From a virus (taxonomy: Duplodnaviria; Caudoviricetes), in IMG/VR virus record IMGVR_UViG_3300020045_005633, positions 1 to 28,267 of that record: a stretch of DNA of 28,267 nucleotides, one strand, 5' to 3'. Position 1 is the first letter of the stretch. Each line of letters opens with the position of its first letter. The notes under the pieces are model-generated. The model was not told the DNA's origin. It worked only from the letters and a program-made list of their open reading frames with translations, and made no database searches. Below are positions 1 through 8,750 of the stretch, piece by piece. The position numbers and the translations under genes were made by a program.

Positions 1-211
1 TTTGGGCCTCACCTTCGATGATTGATTTGATAGGCTTCCCGATTTTCATCAACTCATGATAGCCATTGAATGCCGCGTAGCAGTCACCGCCAGGGCTTTG
101 AATATGATGAATGATTTTTGTACAATCAGGGGATAGTGCCGCTATCTGCTCTTTGATTTGAGCGGGGTAATCTTTTGTTATACGTCCTTCAGTGTATAGG
201 TGGCCTTCCAT
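1..211 (-). CDS. ClpP-like prohead (head maturation) protease, 5' part; runs off the window edge
   Basis: Hand translation from ATG at 211: MEGHLYTEGRITKDYPAQIKEQIAALSPDCTKIIHHIQSPGGDCYAAFNGYHELMKIGKPIKSIIEGEAQ. The IQSPGG motif and the ..IEG.A run-up to the catalytic Ser resemble the ClpP family. Confidence 0.75.
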   Translation of the reverse strand, partial: MEGHLYTEGRITKDYPAQIKEQIAALSPDCTKIIHHIQSPGGDCYAAFNGYHELMKIGKPIKSIIEGEAQ

Positions 212-215
212 ACAC

Positions 216-223
216 CAAAAATA
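216..223 (-). promoter_or_regulatory. Possible Bacteroidota -7 element (TATTTTTG) just upstream of the protease start
   Basis: Matches TAnnTTTG and ends 4 nt before the ATG. No clear -33 TTTG. Confidence 0.3.
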
Positions 224-261
224 AAAAGGCTATAACTAACTAATTAGGTATAAAAACCTAC

Positions 262-465
262 CTATTTGCAATTAGGACACTTTTTTTTCTTTATTTCCCT
301 GACGTATCGATCATCGGTGAAGTTGAAATTTTCTGCTGCCTGTTCCTGCGTCATGCCGGAAGCGAGCGCGCGGCAAAGGTCATAATGCCTCAGGTTCTCT
401 TTGCGTATCATGCCCGACTCTATCAACTCCTCCACCTGCTTACGGGATAAACTTAGTATGTTCAT
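262..465 (-). CDS. Small helix-turn-helix-like protein
   Basis: GMTQEQAAENFNFTDDRYVREI resembles an HTH; C-terminal CPNC; ATGA overlap with the upstream gene. Confidence 0.55.
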   Translation of the reverse strand: MNILSLSRKQVEELIESGMIRKENLRHYDLCRALASGMTQEQAAENFNFTDDRYVREIKKKKCPNCK

Positions 466-2453
466 GCACTTGTAATTGTTTCTTTTAGCTGTACTTCATT
501 CTGAAATTTTCTAAACTCTGTGTAATTAAGATAAACGGGGCCCTGTGACATGGCGCTATTGGCACGCATGCCGCCCGTCATGCCGTTGGCAACTACACTA
601 CCGTCAAGGAAAGACTGAAAATAATCTTTTCCATACGCCTTAACTGTTTCGGCCGGCATTACAAATTCGCCACGGTGCACCGTTCCCGCGGGAGAATATT
701 TTCCACCATCACCAGTGTAGCCACCGTCTGCAAAAGTAGTAGGCACAAATTCCATCTCTTTGATTTGCTTAACACGGATTGCCGCGTAGGCCGCTGTCAA
801 AGCCGCGGCAATACCTTTGATGATAAAACCCCCTGGCGTTGCTGCCAATACTCCGAGAACTGCTTTTGCTGCGTCCGCTATGGCTTGCGCTATCTGATTT
901 TTTTTATCTGTGTCGAATTGCTTTTTCTTGATGTCATTGAGCGCCATCGCGTTATTTATTTCAAGCTGCTTAAGGTCGGCTTTCTGTTTCGCATTGAGGG
1001 CCACGATAGATTTATCGTATTCTTCCTGAGTTATTTCTTGCTTATCTAACTTGGATTGCAATTCTGCAACGTCAGCAGCATATTGGTCATTCAAAATCTG
1101 TTTTTGTTTTGCTAATGTGGCCATTAACGCCTTCTCATCATTTTTATACTGATTAGCCTTCAGGTCAAAGAATTTACTCGTAATGTCGATCGCTACATTG
1201 GTGGCCTCCGTTATTCCTTTTATTAATTTCTCATAATTTTCTTTTTGTAACTTCTCATCGGCTGCCTGTTTTTCTTTGTCCGCTTGCCTCTGTTTTTCTG
1301 CTAATGACTTATTAACTGCTAAAACCTGTTCCCCGAAAGTGGTAGTAAGTTTTACTTCCGTTTCACCTCGTTCGGTGGCGATCTTTCTTTCTTCAATGTT
1401 AGCGTCCCTGCTCGCGGCATGCCTATTGGCTATACCTAACTTGTGGGCCGCTGTGATTTCATCCTGGAGTTCTTTTTCAAGTGCAATTCTTTCCTTGTTT
1501 AGCTTGCGCGTGTTCTCAAAGGCTGCAGATTCCGCATCCATCAGGGCCGCATTTGCCTGGGCTAGTTCATCAAGGGCCGTCTTATCATTTCCGAACTGTT
1601 CGGCTTTCTGTGCCGCTATTTCCTGACGGGTCAAAGCTTGTGCAAGTTCCTGTTCCTGAAGGGCAAACTCTAACGCGATAGCCTCCTCAATTAATGCCTT
1701 GCGTGCCGCCCCTTCGGCTTCGTCTGCCTCTTTCCGGATCTTGGCTATCTCTAACCGTGTTTTTGATCTTGCCTCAATTAAGGCCCGTTCCTGCTTGTCC
1801 CTTTTTGCCTCGTTGTCGGCAAACTTCTGTGCGCTTTTATCTATCTCTGTGAAGAACTTTACCGCGGCTGTTTGATCGATACCTAAGAACTTAGTTAAGT
1901 TTCCTAACGCATTACTTACGAAATCGAACGCTTTGGCAAGGCCATTGAAAAGAAATTCGCCTACCATCTCCACCACGTCCATGAACTTTTCAAAGACCAC
2001 GGTACCCACGGCCATGATCTTGTTTAGCCGGTTCTGGCCTTCCTCTGAGCCTTTGAAGTAGGAAATCAGGGCTGAAATTGCCAATCCTAATGCACCGATT
2101 ACGGCCCCGATAGGGGTAGCTACGAATGCGAGGGCCGCCTTCGCCATGCCTTTAAATCCTTCCACGGTTGCGCCTAACCCTGGAATAAGTTTATCGAGCG
2201 CGCCCGTGTAATTACCCACGTTCAGGCGCTGCTTCTCAAGACTTGAAGAATTGTTTTTGATGGTTTCGGTATTCTTATCAAGCTGCGTGTTAATATCTTT
2301 CACGCGCTTAATCCCGTCCTCAGTTGAGAGGTCTACTTTCTTACGTTCCTCACGTAGTGCTTTGTTAGCCTTAACGAGGTTTTCTATACTTACTACCGCC
2401 TCTTTTTCATCTACCTGAAAGTCGAGTATGATTGTTTTTTTTTCGTCAGCCAT
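462..2453 (-). CDS. Tail tape measure-like protein
   Basis: 663 aa, Ala/Glu/Lys-rich and helical, with hydrophobic ATPIGAVIGALGLAI segments. C-terminal FADGGYTGDGGKYSPAGTVHRGEFV motif is typical of lambda-like tape measure C-termini. Confidence 0.8.
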   Translation of the reverse strand: MADEKKTIILDFQVDEKEAVVSIENLVKANKALREERKKVDLSTEDGIKRVKDINTQLDKNTETIKNNSSSLEKQRLNVGNYTGALDKLIPGLGATVEGFKGMAKAALAFVATPIGAVIGALGLAISALISYFKGSEEGQNRLNKIMAVGTVVFEKFMDVVEMVGEFLFNGLAKAFDFVSNALGNLTKFLGIDQTAAVKFFTEIDKSAQKFADNEAKRDKQERALIEARSKTRLEIAKIRKEADEAEGAARKALIEEAIALEFALQEQELAQALTRQEIAAQKAEQFGNDKTALDELAQANAALMDAESAAFENTRKLNKERIALEKELQDEITAAHKLGIANRHAASRDANIEERKIATERGETEVKLTTTFGEQVLAVNKSLAEKQRQADKEKQAADEKLQKENYEKLIKGITEATNVAIDITSKFFDLKANQYKNDEKALMATLAKQKQILNDQYAADVAELQSKLDKQEITQEEYDKSIVALNAKQKADLKQLEINNAMALNDIKKKQFDTDKKNQIAQAIADAAKAVLGVLAATPGGFIIKGIAAALTAAYAAIRVKQIKEMEFVPTTFADGGYTGDGGKYSPAGTVHRGEFVMPAETVKAYGKDYFQSFLDGSVVANGMTGGMRANSAMSQGPVYLNYTEFRKFQNEVQLKETITSA

Positions 2454-2455
2454 AG

Positions 2456-2941
2456 CTATAACATATTTAATCTTGCAAATTCTCCATGAAATTCTGAGGC
2501 TAATTTATTATATGCTAATGCGGCTTCTTTTTCATCCTTAAATCTACCTATCGTTTTATTCTTACCATTTAAAGATATTGCCGCATTCCAATATTCATAA
2601 ACCCCATATGGTGTTTTCTGAATAACTTTACAAACGCCTAAATATTGACTAGTCTTACCGGATGATTTTTTATTTTTCTGATTTTGCGCGTGAGTGGCCT
2701 TTCTTAGATTATGTCTCTGATTATCTAACCCATTACCGTTAATGTGATCTACCTCTTCTTTAGGATTTGTCAACTCCAAAATAAGTCGATGCATTCTTTT
2801 TATTTCCCCTTTTATTTTTGTTCTAGCGTAATGGGTATATTTTGACCCTTTCATGACATGCCATTTATGATTATTTAGCCATTCATAATCCGCATCATCT
2901 ACTATGGCTTCAAATCCTTTTGTTAGTTTTATCTTTTTCAT
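2456..2941 (-). CDS. HNH-AP2 homing endonuclease
   Basis: MHRLIL...VDHINGNGLDNQRHNLR HNH motif followed by an AP2 domain (SQYLGV...WNAAI...GRFKDEKEAALAYN). Confidence 0.92.
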   Translation of the reverse strand: MKKIKLTKGFEAIVDDADYEWLNNHKWHVMKGSKYTHYARTKIKGEIKRMHRLILELTNPKEEVDHINGNGLDNQRHNLRKATHAQNQKNKKSSGKTSQYLGVCKVIQKTPYGVYEYWNAAISLNGKNKTIGRFKDEKEAALAYNKLASEFHGEFARLNML

Positions 2942-5085
2942 AGCATGTAGAGATTTACTGTCACTGGTGTATTACTGTCGATATAGTTTTCAATGCTTTT
3001 AACAAAGAAGTATCCTATGAGCTGTTCTGTCTCCAGATAAATAAAACGGTCGAATATGAATCTTTGAAATACCGCCTCCGGTAATATCATGATCGCCTCG
3101 ATGTCTGGATTTTGTAAGAACCGTGAAATCTTATTGAAGTAAAGTTCTTTTATGGTAGGATCATTGAAGCCGGTAACATTAGGATTGTCAATGGATAAAT
3201 TACTTTGATATTGATCAATGCCTAATCCTATTTCCTGCTTTGTAAAGTAAGCCATTGGCCACGTGCTTTGATTTGCCACAAGGGAACCGGCACGGAAACT
3301 AGATGACTGCGAATAATCCCAAACGTTTTTACTTGGATAATTAACTAATATACGCGGTCCTACATCCTGATAAACTATTTTTTGTTTCCTGATAAACCCC
3401 GTTCCGGTGGCCAAAAATGCTGTATAGACTTCTATATAAGCAGCACCCACACCATATACTAATCTATACCCTAGATTTGTATTGTCACTGTTACTAATCC
3501 TTACAATTTCATTAGCTATTATTCCATGACCCGAAGCAATAGCATATCGCTCTATGCCGCTTGAATCTGAAATGGCAGTGTAGGGTATCGCATCCCCATC
3601 ATCTACCAGATTAACAAGCGGAACGTTTGCTTTATAAAACCCTGATTTAGTTAGACCAAATGGCGAAGGCTGAAAAGGTAACTGGCTAATGGTATTATTT
3701 ACTTTAAAAGTGTTTCCCGTTTCAATGTTACCATTACCAAACCCTAACAGATTTTCGGAATTATATTTTATAATGTCGCTATTGGTTTCGTTTTTCTCCC
3801 ACTTGATATAATTGTTTTGCGCCTGGTCAACAGTATATTTTGATTTATGGGTCACATAGTAAGCGGACCAATCATAGGAGTCTGTAAGATTAATTCTTTC
3901 AACAATATTAAAACTAAATGTCTTAGATACATCATTGAAATAAACAGAACATCCTAAAAAGTTAATGCAGAATTTTATAACGTCAAGGCTGGATAGAGGT
4001 GGTAGAAAATGGGACGGATAAACATAGTCATTAATGCTTATATTTTCAGGTATCTTTACGGTCACATCAAATCTAATTGTCTCATCGGAGTCAATGGTTT
4101 CTGCATAAAATGTAATCACATCTCCCTTTAATAGAGTATATGAAACGGCTGTTACACCAAGTGAAATCAATAAAAGACTTTCAATTGAAATACCGTTTTT
4201 ATAAATATATAAATTAGTGTTTCCTGTATTATACCATAGGTTAATCTCAAAATAGGTAAGACAATTTATTGGACTCGTGTAGGCATCATTTACAAATGAC
4301 GATGAAATAGACGTTAATGAAGTATATTGAGCCAACCCGCCAGCTAATGTAAATGCCTGATTTGTCCCATAGGCTATTATATTTTTGAAAGCCTCTCTTT
4401 TCATTAACCCATTCACAGGAGTAATGACAATAGACTTATATAATCCATCATCAAATAAATTTCCATTCTTTTTAAATCCTGATTGACTTAAAATCTCATC
4501 GACCAAAGAATGTAAATAAAAACAAGGGTAAGGATCATATAATGGAAAATCATAAAAGTTGTGAGATGAATCTAAAATGCCGTCAGCTAAATTAAACTCC
4601 TCATCGCCTCCTTTATTATAATTATATGCCCAATCTACTAACGGGAATACGGTTTCCTTTTCACTAGACTTCGCGCTGATTACATTGGTAGAATTTAACA
4701 AAACGCTGTAATCTTTTCTACTCGCAATACCCGTGAAATCTAACTCTGTAATCAGTCCCTCTAAAAGCTGGACCCAGTTACTATTTCCCGACACATAGAA
4801 ACATGACAAGGTTGGCCCGTTATCAGATTGGATAACGATGTATCCCCGGTCTAAGATGTTCCCATTCCTTACCCGGCTAAACGCCTGCTTTGTGTAGGCT
4901 ATCTGATTTAGCATCTGAGGACCTTTGTAACCTAGCGTCTTTCGGTTTACTGAATTGTTATCGATCTGGAATGTAGTTGAAAAATCACCCTTAATCTTTG
5001 AGTTAAAAAAAGAAACAGACTGTTTCGTCATGGCGATTTCGCCACTTGTTTCTATCTCATTGCCGTCATCATCTCTAAACGTCAT
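2938..5085 (-). CDS. Putative tail/tail-tip structural protein
   Basis: 715 aa, beta-rich; position in the structural operon next to the tape measure-like gene. No diagnostic motif recognised. Confidence 0.55.
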   Translation of the reverse strand: MTFRDDDGNEIETSGEIAMTKQSVSFFNSKIKGDFSTTFQIDNNSVNRKTLGYKGPQMLNQIAYTKQAFSRVRNGNILDRGYIVIQSDNGPTLSCFYVSGNSNWVQLLEGLITELDFTGIASRKDYSVLLNSTNVISAKSSEKETVFPLVDWAYNYNKGGDEEFNLADGILDSSHNFYDFPLYDPYPCFYLHSLVDEILSQSGFKKNGNLFDDGLYKSIVITPVNGLMKREAFKNIIAYGTNQAFTLAGGLAQYTSLTSISSSFVNDAYTSPINCLTYFEINLWYNTGNTNLYIYKNGISIESLLLISLGVTAVSYTLLKGDVITFYAETIDSDETIRFDVTVKIPENISINDYVYPSHFLPPLSSLDVIKFCINFLGCSVYFNDVSKTFSFNIVERINLTDSYDWSAYYVTHKSKYTVDQAQNNYIKWEKNETNSDIIKYNSENLLGFGNGNIETGNTFKVNNTISQLPFQPSPFGLTKSGFYKANVPLVNLVDDGDAIPYTAISDSSGIERYAIASGHGIIANEIVRISNSDNTNLGYRLVYGVGAAYIEVYTAFLATGTGFIRKQKIVYQDVGPRILVNYPSKNVWDYSQSSSFRAGSLVANQSTWPMAYFTKQEIGLGIDQYQSNLSIDNPNVTGFNDPTIKELYFNKISRFLQNPDIEAIMILPEAVFQRFIFDRFIYLETEQLIGYFFVKSIENYIDSNTPVTVNLYML

Positions 5086-6782
5086 AACGATTGAGCGGGT
5101 AAATTGTCGGTAAAGGATATGCCAAATTCTAAGTTAAAAAGTTTCTCCCTCTGCTGTAGGTAAACAAAGGACCCGCCATCCACGATAACCGTTCGTCTGC
5201 TTTCCCTGCTGTCCACAATCTGCACCAATGGCGAGGTCCTTATTCTATACAAGTCGCTTACCTGTTCTTCTGTAAGATTCTCACATCGCACCGTTACCAC
5301 TTGGCGGCTTATCCGTTGCGTCTGTTGGTTGATGGTGTCCGCTCCAAGACCGTAGGATTTAGGCCAATTCGTGAAAATGTTTTTCTTAACTGACTTTGTG
5401 CCCTCGATCGAAACGCCATAATCGGAATCTGATTTAAATACTTTATAATCAAAACCTCCTAAATGGTTTAGCCATGTGAAATTCAGCATATTACCGGAAC
5501 AATCGGTATTTACTTTGATTGACTTCGTTTCTGAAATAGGTATCCATGAACTGTAATCATAGTATTCCAAAGTAATATAAATTTCGTCCTCTAGATAAAT
5601 GCTTTGGTCTAGTTCATAGCGATAAATTCCAATACCGTAATCGTCAATTAAGTCTATATATTGCGCCACGATAACGCCATTAACCAGACATTCACGCCTG
5701 ATTCGTAACAATGCACCAATCTGATTAACAAAGGATATATCGAAGAACTGGCCAGGGGTTAATTCAGGATATAACGAAGGGGTAAGAAACTTTAACTTGG
5801 TAGCTGATGAGCCATATATGTAATCCGAAAGATAGCCGGAATGAAGGTTTTTAAAAGGTAGTTCCGCATTGACGGCATATCCGGTAAAATTACTTGAATC
5901 GTCCGTATAACTACCTACATAATCCATCAAAGTATAACCACCCGTAGAATAGTCGTAACCTTCTGCATACGTGATATAGAACTGACAAAAGGAATCTAGG
6001 TTATTCTGAAGCGTTCCCTTTAAAAGATCGTTTTTAAGAATATCTATTTTTTCCTTTAGAAACTCGTTTACGTTCAACGTGCAAATACCGTCTGAATCCG
6101 GAATGACTCTTTGCTCTGTGATTAGTTCATAGGGCTTCTGACTTGTAAAGTAATGGGAAGCTGACAGGCCCGCGTAAAGCCGAATGCGTGCATGATAGTT
6201 GTTATAATAGTATTGAACAGACGTGAACGTTAACCCACCAACATAGGCGAGGTTTATAGTGACTATTGATGTGGAATACCATGCGATAACCTGATATACC
6301 GTGGAGGTTCCGCCAGTAAACGTAACCTTAACAAATTCCAGTTCTGAGACCCCCGCGTTAAGCTCACCCGAACATGTCAGTTTCACATACCCGTTATCAT
6401 TGGCATAACTCGAAACCGTGCGCACCGTGTCTACCGAGTTAGTAGGCCATGCGGTAGACTGCAATTTAAACACGATGGGAAGGTGAACGCAGTTCCATGC
6501 ATGCGTACTAACAAAGTAAAGCGTAACAGCATTAGTCCTAATAAATGGAATTGGTAATCCGTCTAAGTCTAAGACTTGAATCTGAACAGAATTATAAGCG
6601 CCTACTTTAAAAAAACCGTTGTATTCTGAAATATCTGATTCTATATAAAAAGCGTCTCCTGTTATTAAATTATGAGATACGTTTGTCTGAATTTGATAAT
6701 AACCAACATAATTATATGAATATCCAGGAATTGAAGATCCTAATATATACCCCTGTGGCCGTTGTACTACTGATAGTGCCAT
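5082..6782 (-). CDS. Putative tail structural protein
   Basis: 566 aa; the WLNHLGGFDY segment resembles W.N..GG.D motifs I recall from Bacteroidota phage tail proteins; operon context. Confidence 0.55.
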   Translation of the reverse strand: MALSVVQRPQGYILGSSIPGYSYNYVGYYQIQTNVSHNLITGDAFYIESDISEYNGFFKVGAYNSVQIQVLDLDGLPIPFIRTNAVTLYFVSTHAWNCVHLPIVFKLQSTAWPTNSVDTVRTVSSYANDNGYVKLTCSGELNAGVSELEFVKVTFTGGTSTVYQVIAWYSTSIVTINLAYVGGLTFTSVQYYYNNYHARIRLYAGLSASHYFTSQKPYELITEQRVIPDSDGICTLNVNEFLKEKIDILKNDLLKGTLQNNLDSFCQFYITYAEGYDYSTGGYTLMDYVGSYTDDSSNFTGYAVNAELPFKNLHSGYLSDYIYGSSATKLKFLTPSLYPELTPGQFFDISFVNQIGALLRIRRECLVNGVIVAQYIDLIDDYGIGIYRYELDQSIYLEDEIYITLEYYDYSSWIPISETKSIKVNTDCSGNMLNFTWLNHLGGFDYKVFKSDSDYGVSIEGTKSVKKNIFTNWPKSYGLGADTINQQTQRISRQVVTVRCENLTEEQVSDLYRIRTSPLVQIVDSRESRRTVIVDGGSFVYLQQREKLFNLEFGISFTDNLPAQSL

Positions 6783-7247
6783 TTATTTGATGTCTTTAAA
6801 TGTTTCATTTATCTTGTCGCCAAACCTTTTGAACTGGTCCCGGCTGACGGCCTGAATCAGGTCCTCGGAAAACTTCTCCACCGCTGAGGTATAAACGTCA
6901 CGGCCTCCTCCTTTTTTGTATAGCCTGTCCCCTTCCCGGTTAATCTTCAGGACTAAGAACTTAGCCAATGCCTCTTTTTTCTTTTGATCCAGGTCGGCAC
7001 CGATGCCACGGGCTTGCATATACTTTAACATCTTATCTTTGAATCCACCATCGGAAGAAGATTGACGCGGGCCGCGCCCTGTTTCCATAGCGATGATAAA
7101 CTCCCGTGCTAAAATCTGCAGGCTTGTCGCGTCTGATTTGTATTCAATAGATCGTTCCGTTTCGCCTGTGGCGGAATATTTGGAAACAGCGGCCCTGACT
7201 ATTTCAACGCCCTTTTTACCCTGTTGCTCTAATACGTCCTTTAGCAT
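6783..7247 (-). CDS. Putative neck/tail completion protein
   Basis: ATGETERSI and METGRGP motifs, size and context resemble HK97 gp10-like neck proteins. Confidence 0.5.
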   Translation of the reverse strand: MLKDVLEQQGKKGVEIVRAAVSKYSATGETERSIEYKSDATSLQILAREFIIAMETGRGPRQSSSDGGFKDKMLKYMQARGIGADLDQKKKEALAKFLVLKINREGDRLYKKGGGRDVYTSAVEKFSEDLIQAVSRDQFKRFGDKINETFKDIK

Positions 7248-7684
7248 ACATTAGTGGTGTCCGGGGCCACCAGAGTAAATGTGAGGGTAACGCCTGACAG
7301 ACAATCCGCATGTTTCTTTACAAATGGGTCACGTTTGAAACTTTCCATCGTAACGAGTTTATACCCGCTCACGATATTGCGGTATTTGTAAACCAGCTTC
7401 TGAGCGATGAGGTCGCAATCGTCTATGATGTGTTCGTATTGTTCGGGTGCTGAGTCCATAGCATCTTTTTGGGCTATGGTTAATTCGATGTCCCAGCTGT
7501 CGGTGGGTGCATTCATGTTGAAAGGAATTACAGGCGTAACGGCCTTAACTGACTGCCATACAGATGGATATTGATGTGACCGGATAGAGTTGAAATCGGT
7601 AAGAAGCCCTGATCCAAATTCCACCGCTGGCGTTAGTGCGTTTACCCCTGCTTCGATAAATTCCCTTACCTCCGTGCGTGTCAT
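7241..7684 (-). CDS. Putative tail terminator-like protein
   Basis: 147 aa alpha/beta pattern ending in GVTLTFTL; adjacent to the neck-like gene. Confidence 0.45.
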   Translation of the reverse strand: MTRTEVREFIEAGVNALTPAVEFGSGLLTDFNSIRSHQYPSVWQSVKAVTPVIPFNMNAPTDSWDIELTIAQKDAMDSAPEQYEHIIDDCDLIAQKLVYKYRNIVSGYKLVTMESFKRDPFVKKHADCLSGVTLTFTLVAPDTTNVC

Positions 7685-7685
7685 A

Positions 7686-7949
7686 TCATTTCATTAAAAC
7701 AGCTGCTAATGCCCCTGAAATTATACCTATCAATGTAAGACCTAGCGCTACCATCTTATTCACCCCGTTCCAATGGCCCTGCGTTACTGCCAGTTTTAGC
7801 TTTATATCCGTTATTTCTTTTTCGTGCGTTGCTACTTTTGAATTAAGTTTCGTTAGTTGATCTAGTATCGAGTGAACGTCCTCGCGTATTGATTTAGAGC
7901 GTTCGTCAAGCCTCCCTAAGATCTCGTTTTGTTCCATTTCGGTAAACAT
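7686..7949 (-). CDS. Small coiled-coil protein with a C-terminal transmembrane helix (XhlA/holin-like)
   Basis: Heptad-rich N-terminus followed by MVALGLTLIGIISGALAAVLM. Confidence 0.55.
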   Translation of the reverse strand: MFTEMEQNEILGRLDERSKSIREDVHSILDQLTKLNSKVATHEKEITDIKLKLAVTQGHWNGVNKMVALGLTLIGIISGALAAVLMK

Positions 7950-7987
7950 TTGGTTTGGGGTAAATTACTTTCATAGTAACAAATATA

Positions 7988-8742
7988 TCATTTTTTCCTA
8001 TTTATTATGTCATTATATTTTTTGTCTACGTGGTTCTTCCATGCCGTGTACCGCAACTGAAACTTAAATTCACCTACCGACCATTCAAGTAGTTCCTTAC
8101 GTGTGAATGGAGTGACCTCTTCCATGTATAGTAACGTATGGAAGAACTTAAACGATGAAGCCAAAGCAGGATAACCTGCCTCCACCTGTTGAGGGTCGTA
8201 CCCTCCAGGTGGGAGGTTATCGGCATGCCTCTGTTCCAAGCGTCCAATTTCAGTAATGTAAAATTTGCCACCGCCACGACCTCCACACATGGCGCGTCCT
8301 TGAGACGTTCCGCTAATTTTTCAGCCTCTTGATAGTTGTACGGTGATGGCGTAAGGTACACCGCCACGATAAAAGGATATTGCTCTAGGTTGTAAATTTT
8401 GTCATCTTCTTTGAACATCGATGCGGTGTCCTGAATGTCGGCATAACGGGCAACGGCCTCCTGTTCGAGGTTTCGCGGGACCGTGATTCCTAAGACTTCG
8501 GACGGCATGACCAGGTTCATCTCTGTTTTCAGGAAGGCCAAAGATGACATGAGGACGTCAAAGTTTTTGATTTCTGCTTTCTCTAAAATCTCTGGGTCCA
8601 AGCCGGTAAAGACCGATAGTAGTTTGGGCAGTTCGTCCCCGGCTTTTACCACCCCGATAAAGTCTTTGAAGGATAAAAGGTGCCACGCGTTGGGGATGTC
8701 CTTTTCTAAAATTTCGTCATTAATTTTTATGTTGTATTTCAT
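7988..8742 (-). CDS. Predicted -1 frameshift fusion product (about 251 aa; shift at 8266-8260)
   Basis: 161 zero-frame codons up to ...VANF, then 90 codons of the 7988..8290 ORF (YITEIGRLEQ...DIINRKK). Confidence 0.65.
8074..8742 (-). CDS. Putative tail assembly chaperone, zero-frame product (222 aa)
   Basis: Long ORF containing an in-frame A_AAU_UUU heptamer and overlapped by a -1 frame ORF, as in G/GT chaperone pairs. Function is inferred. Confidence 0.6.
   Translation of the reverse strand: MKYNIKINDEILEKDIPNAWHLLSFKDFIGVVKAGDELPKLLSVFTGLDPEILEKAEIKNFDVLMSSLAFLKTEMNLVMPSEVLGITVPRNLEQEAVARYADIQDTASMFKEDDKIYNLEQYPFIVAVYLTPSPYNYQEAEKLAERLKDAPCVEVVAVANFTLLKLDAWNRGMPITSHLEGTTLNRWRQVILLWLHRLSSSIRYYTWKRSLHSHVRNYLNGR
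8144..8266 (-). promoter_or_regulatory. -1 programmed ribosomal frameshift signal: slippery heptamer and downstream stem-loop
   Basis: GCA AAU UUU in the zero frame; 8-nt spacer; long interrupted hairpin 8251-8144 with core GAUAACCU/AGGUUAUC, CCACCUG/CAGGUGG, GAGGGU/ACCCUC. Confidence 0.7.
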
Positions 8743-8750
8743 GCCTTGGT

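Noticed and set aside
675-1681. Antisense or alternative-frame ORFs (675..1049, 1276..1626, 1481..1681, and similar ones at 7678, 8483, 8904, 9822, 11618, 12689, 14533, 15468, 15658, 16451, 20571, 21145, 21566, 25041, 27383, 27645)
   Set aside because: They shadow well-supported genes and show no motifs or coupling signals.
7980-7987. Minus-strand TATATTTG -7 element upstream of the XhlA-like gene
   Set aside because: No matching -33 element; too weak to call in AT-rich sequence.
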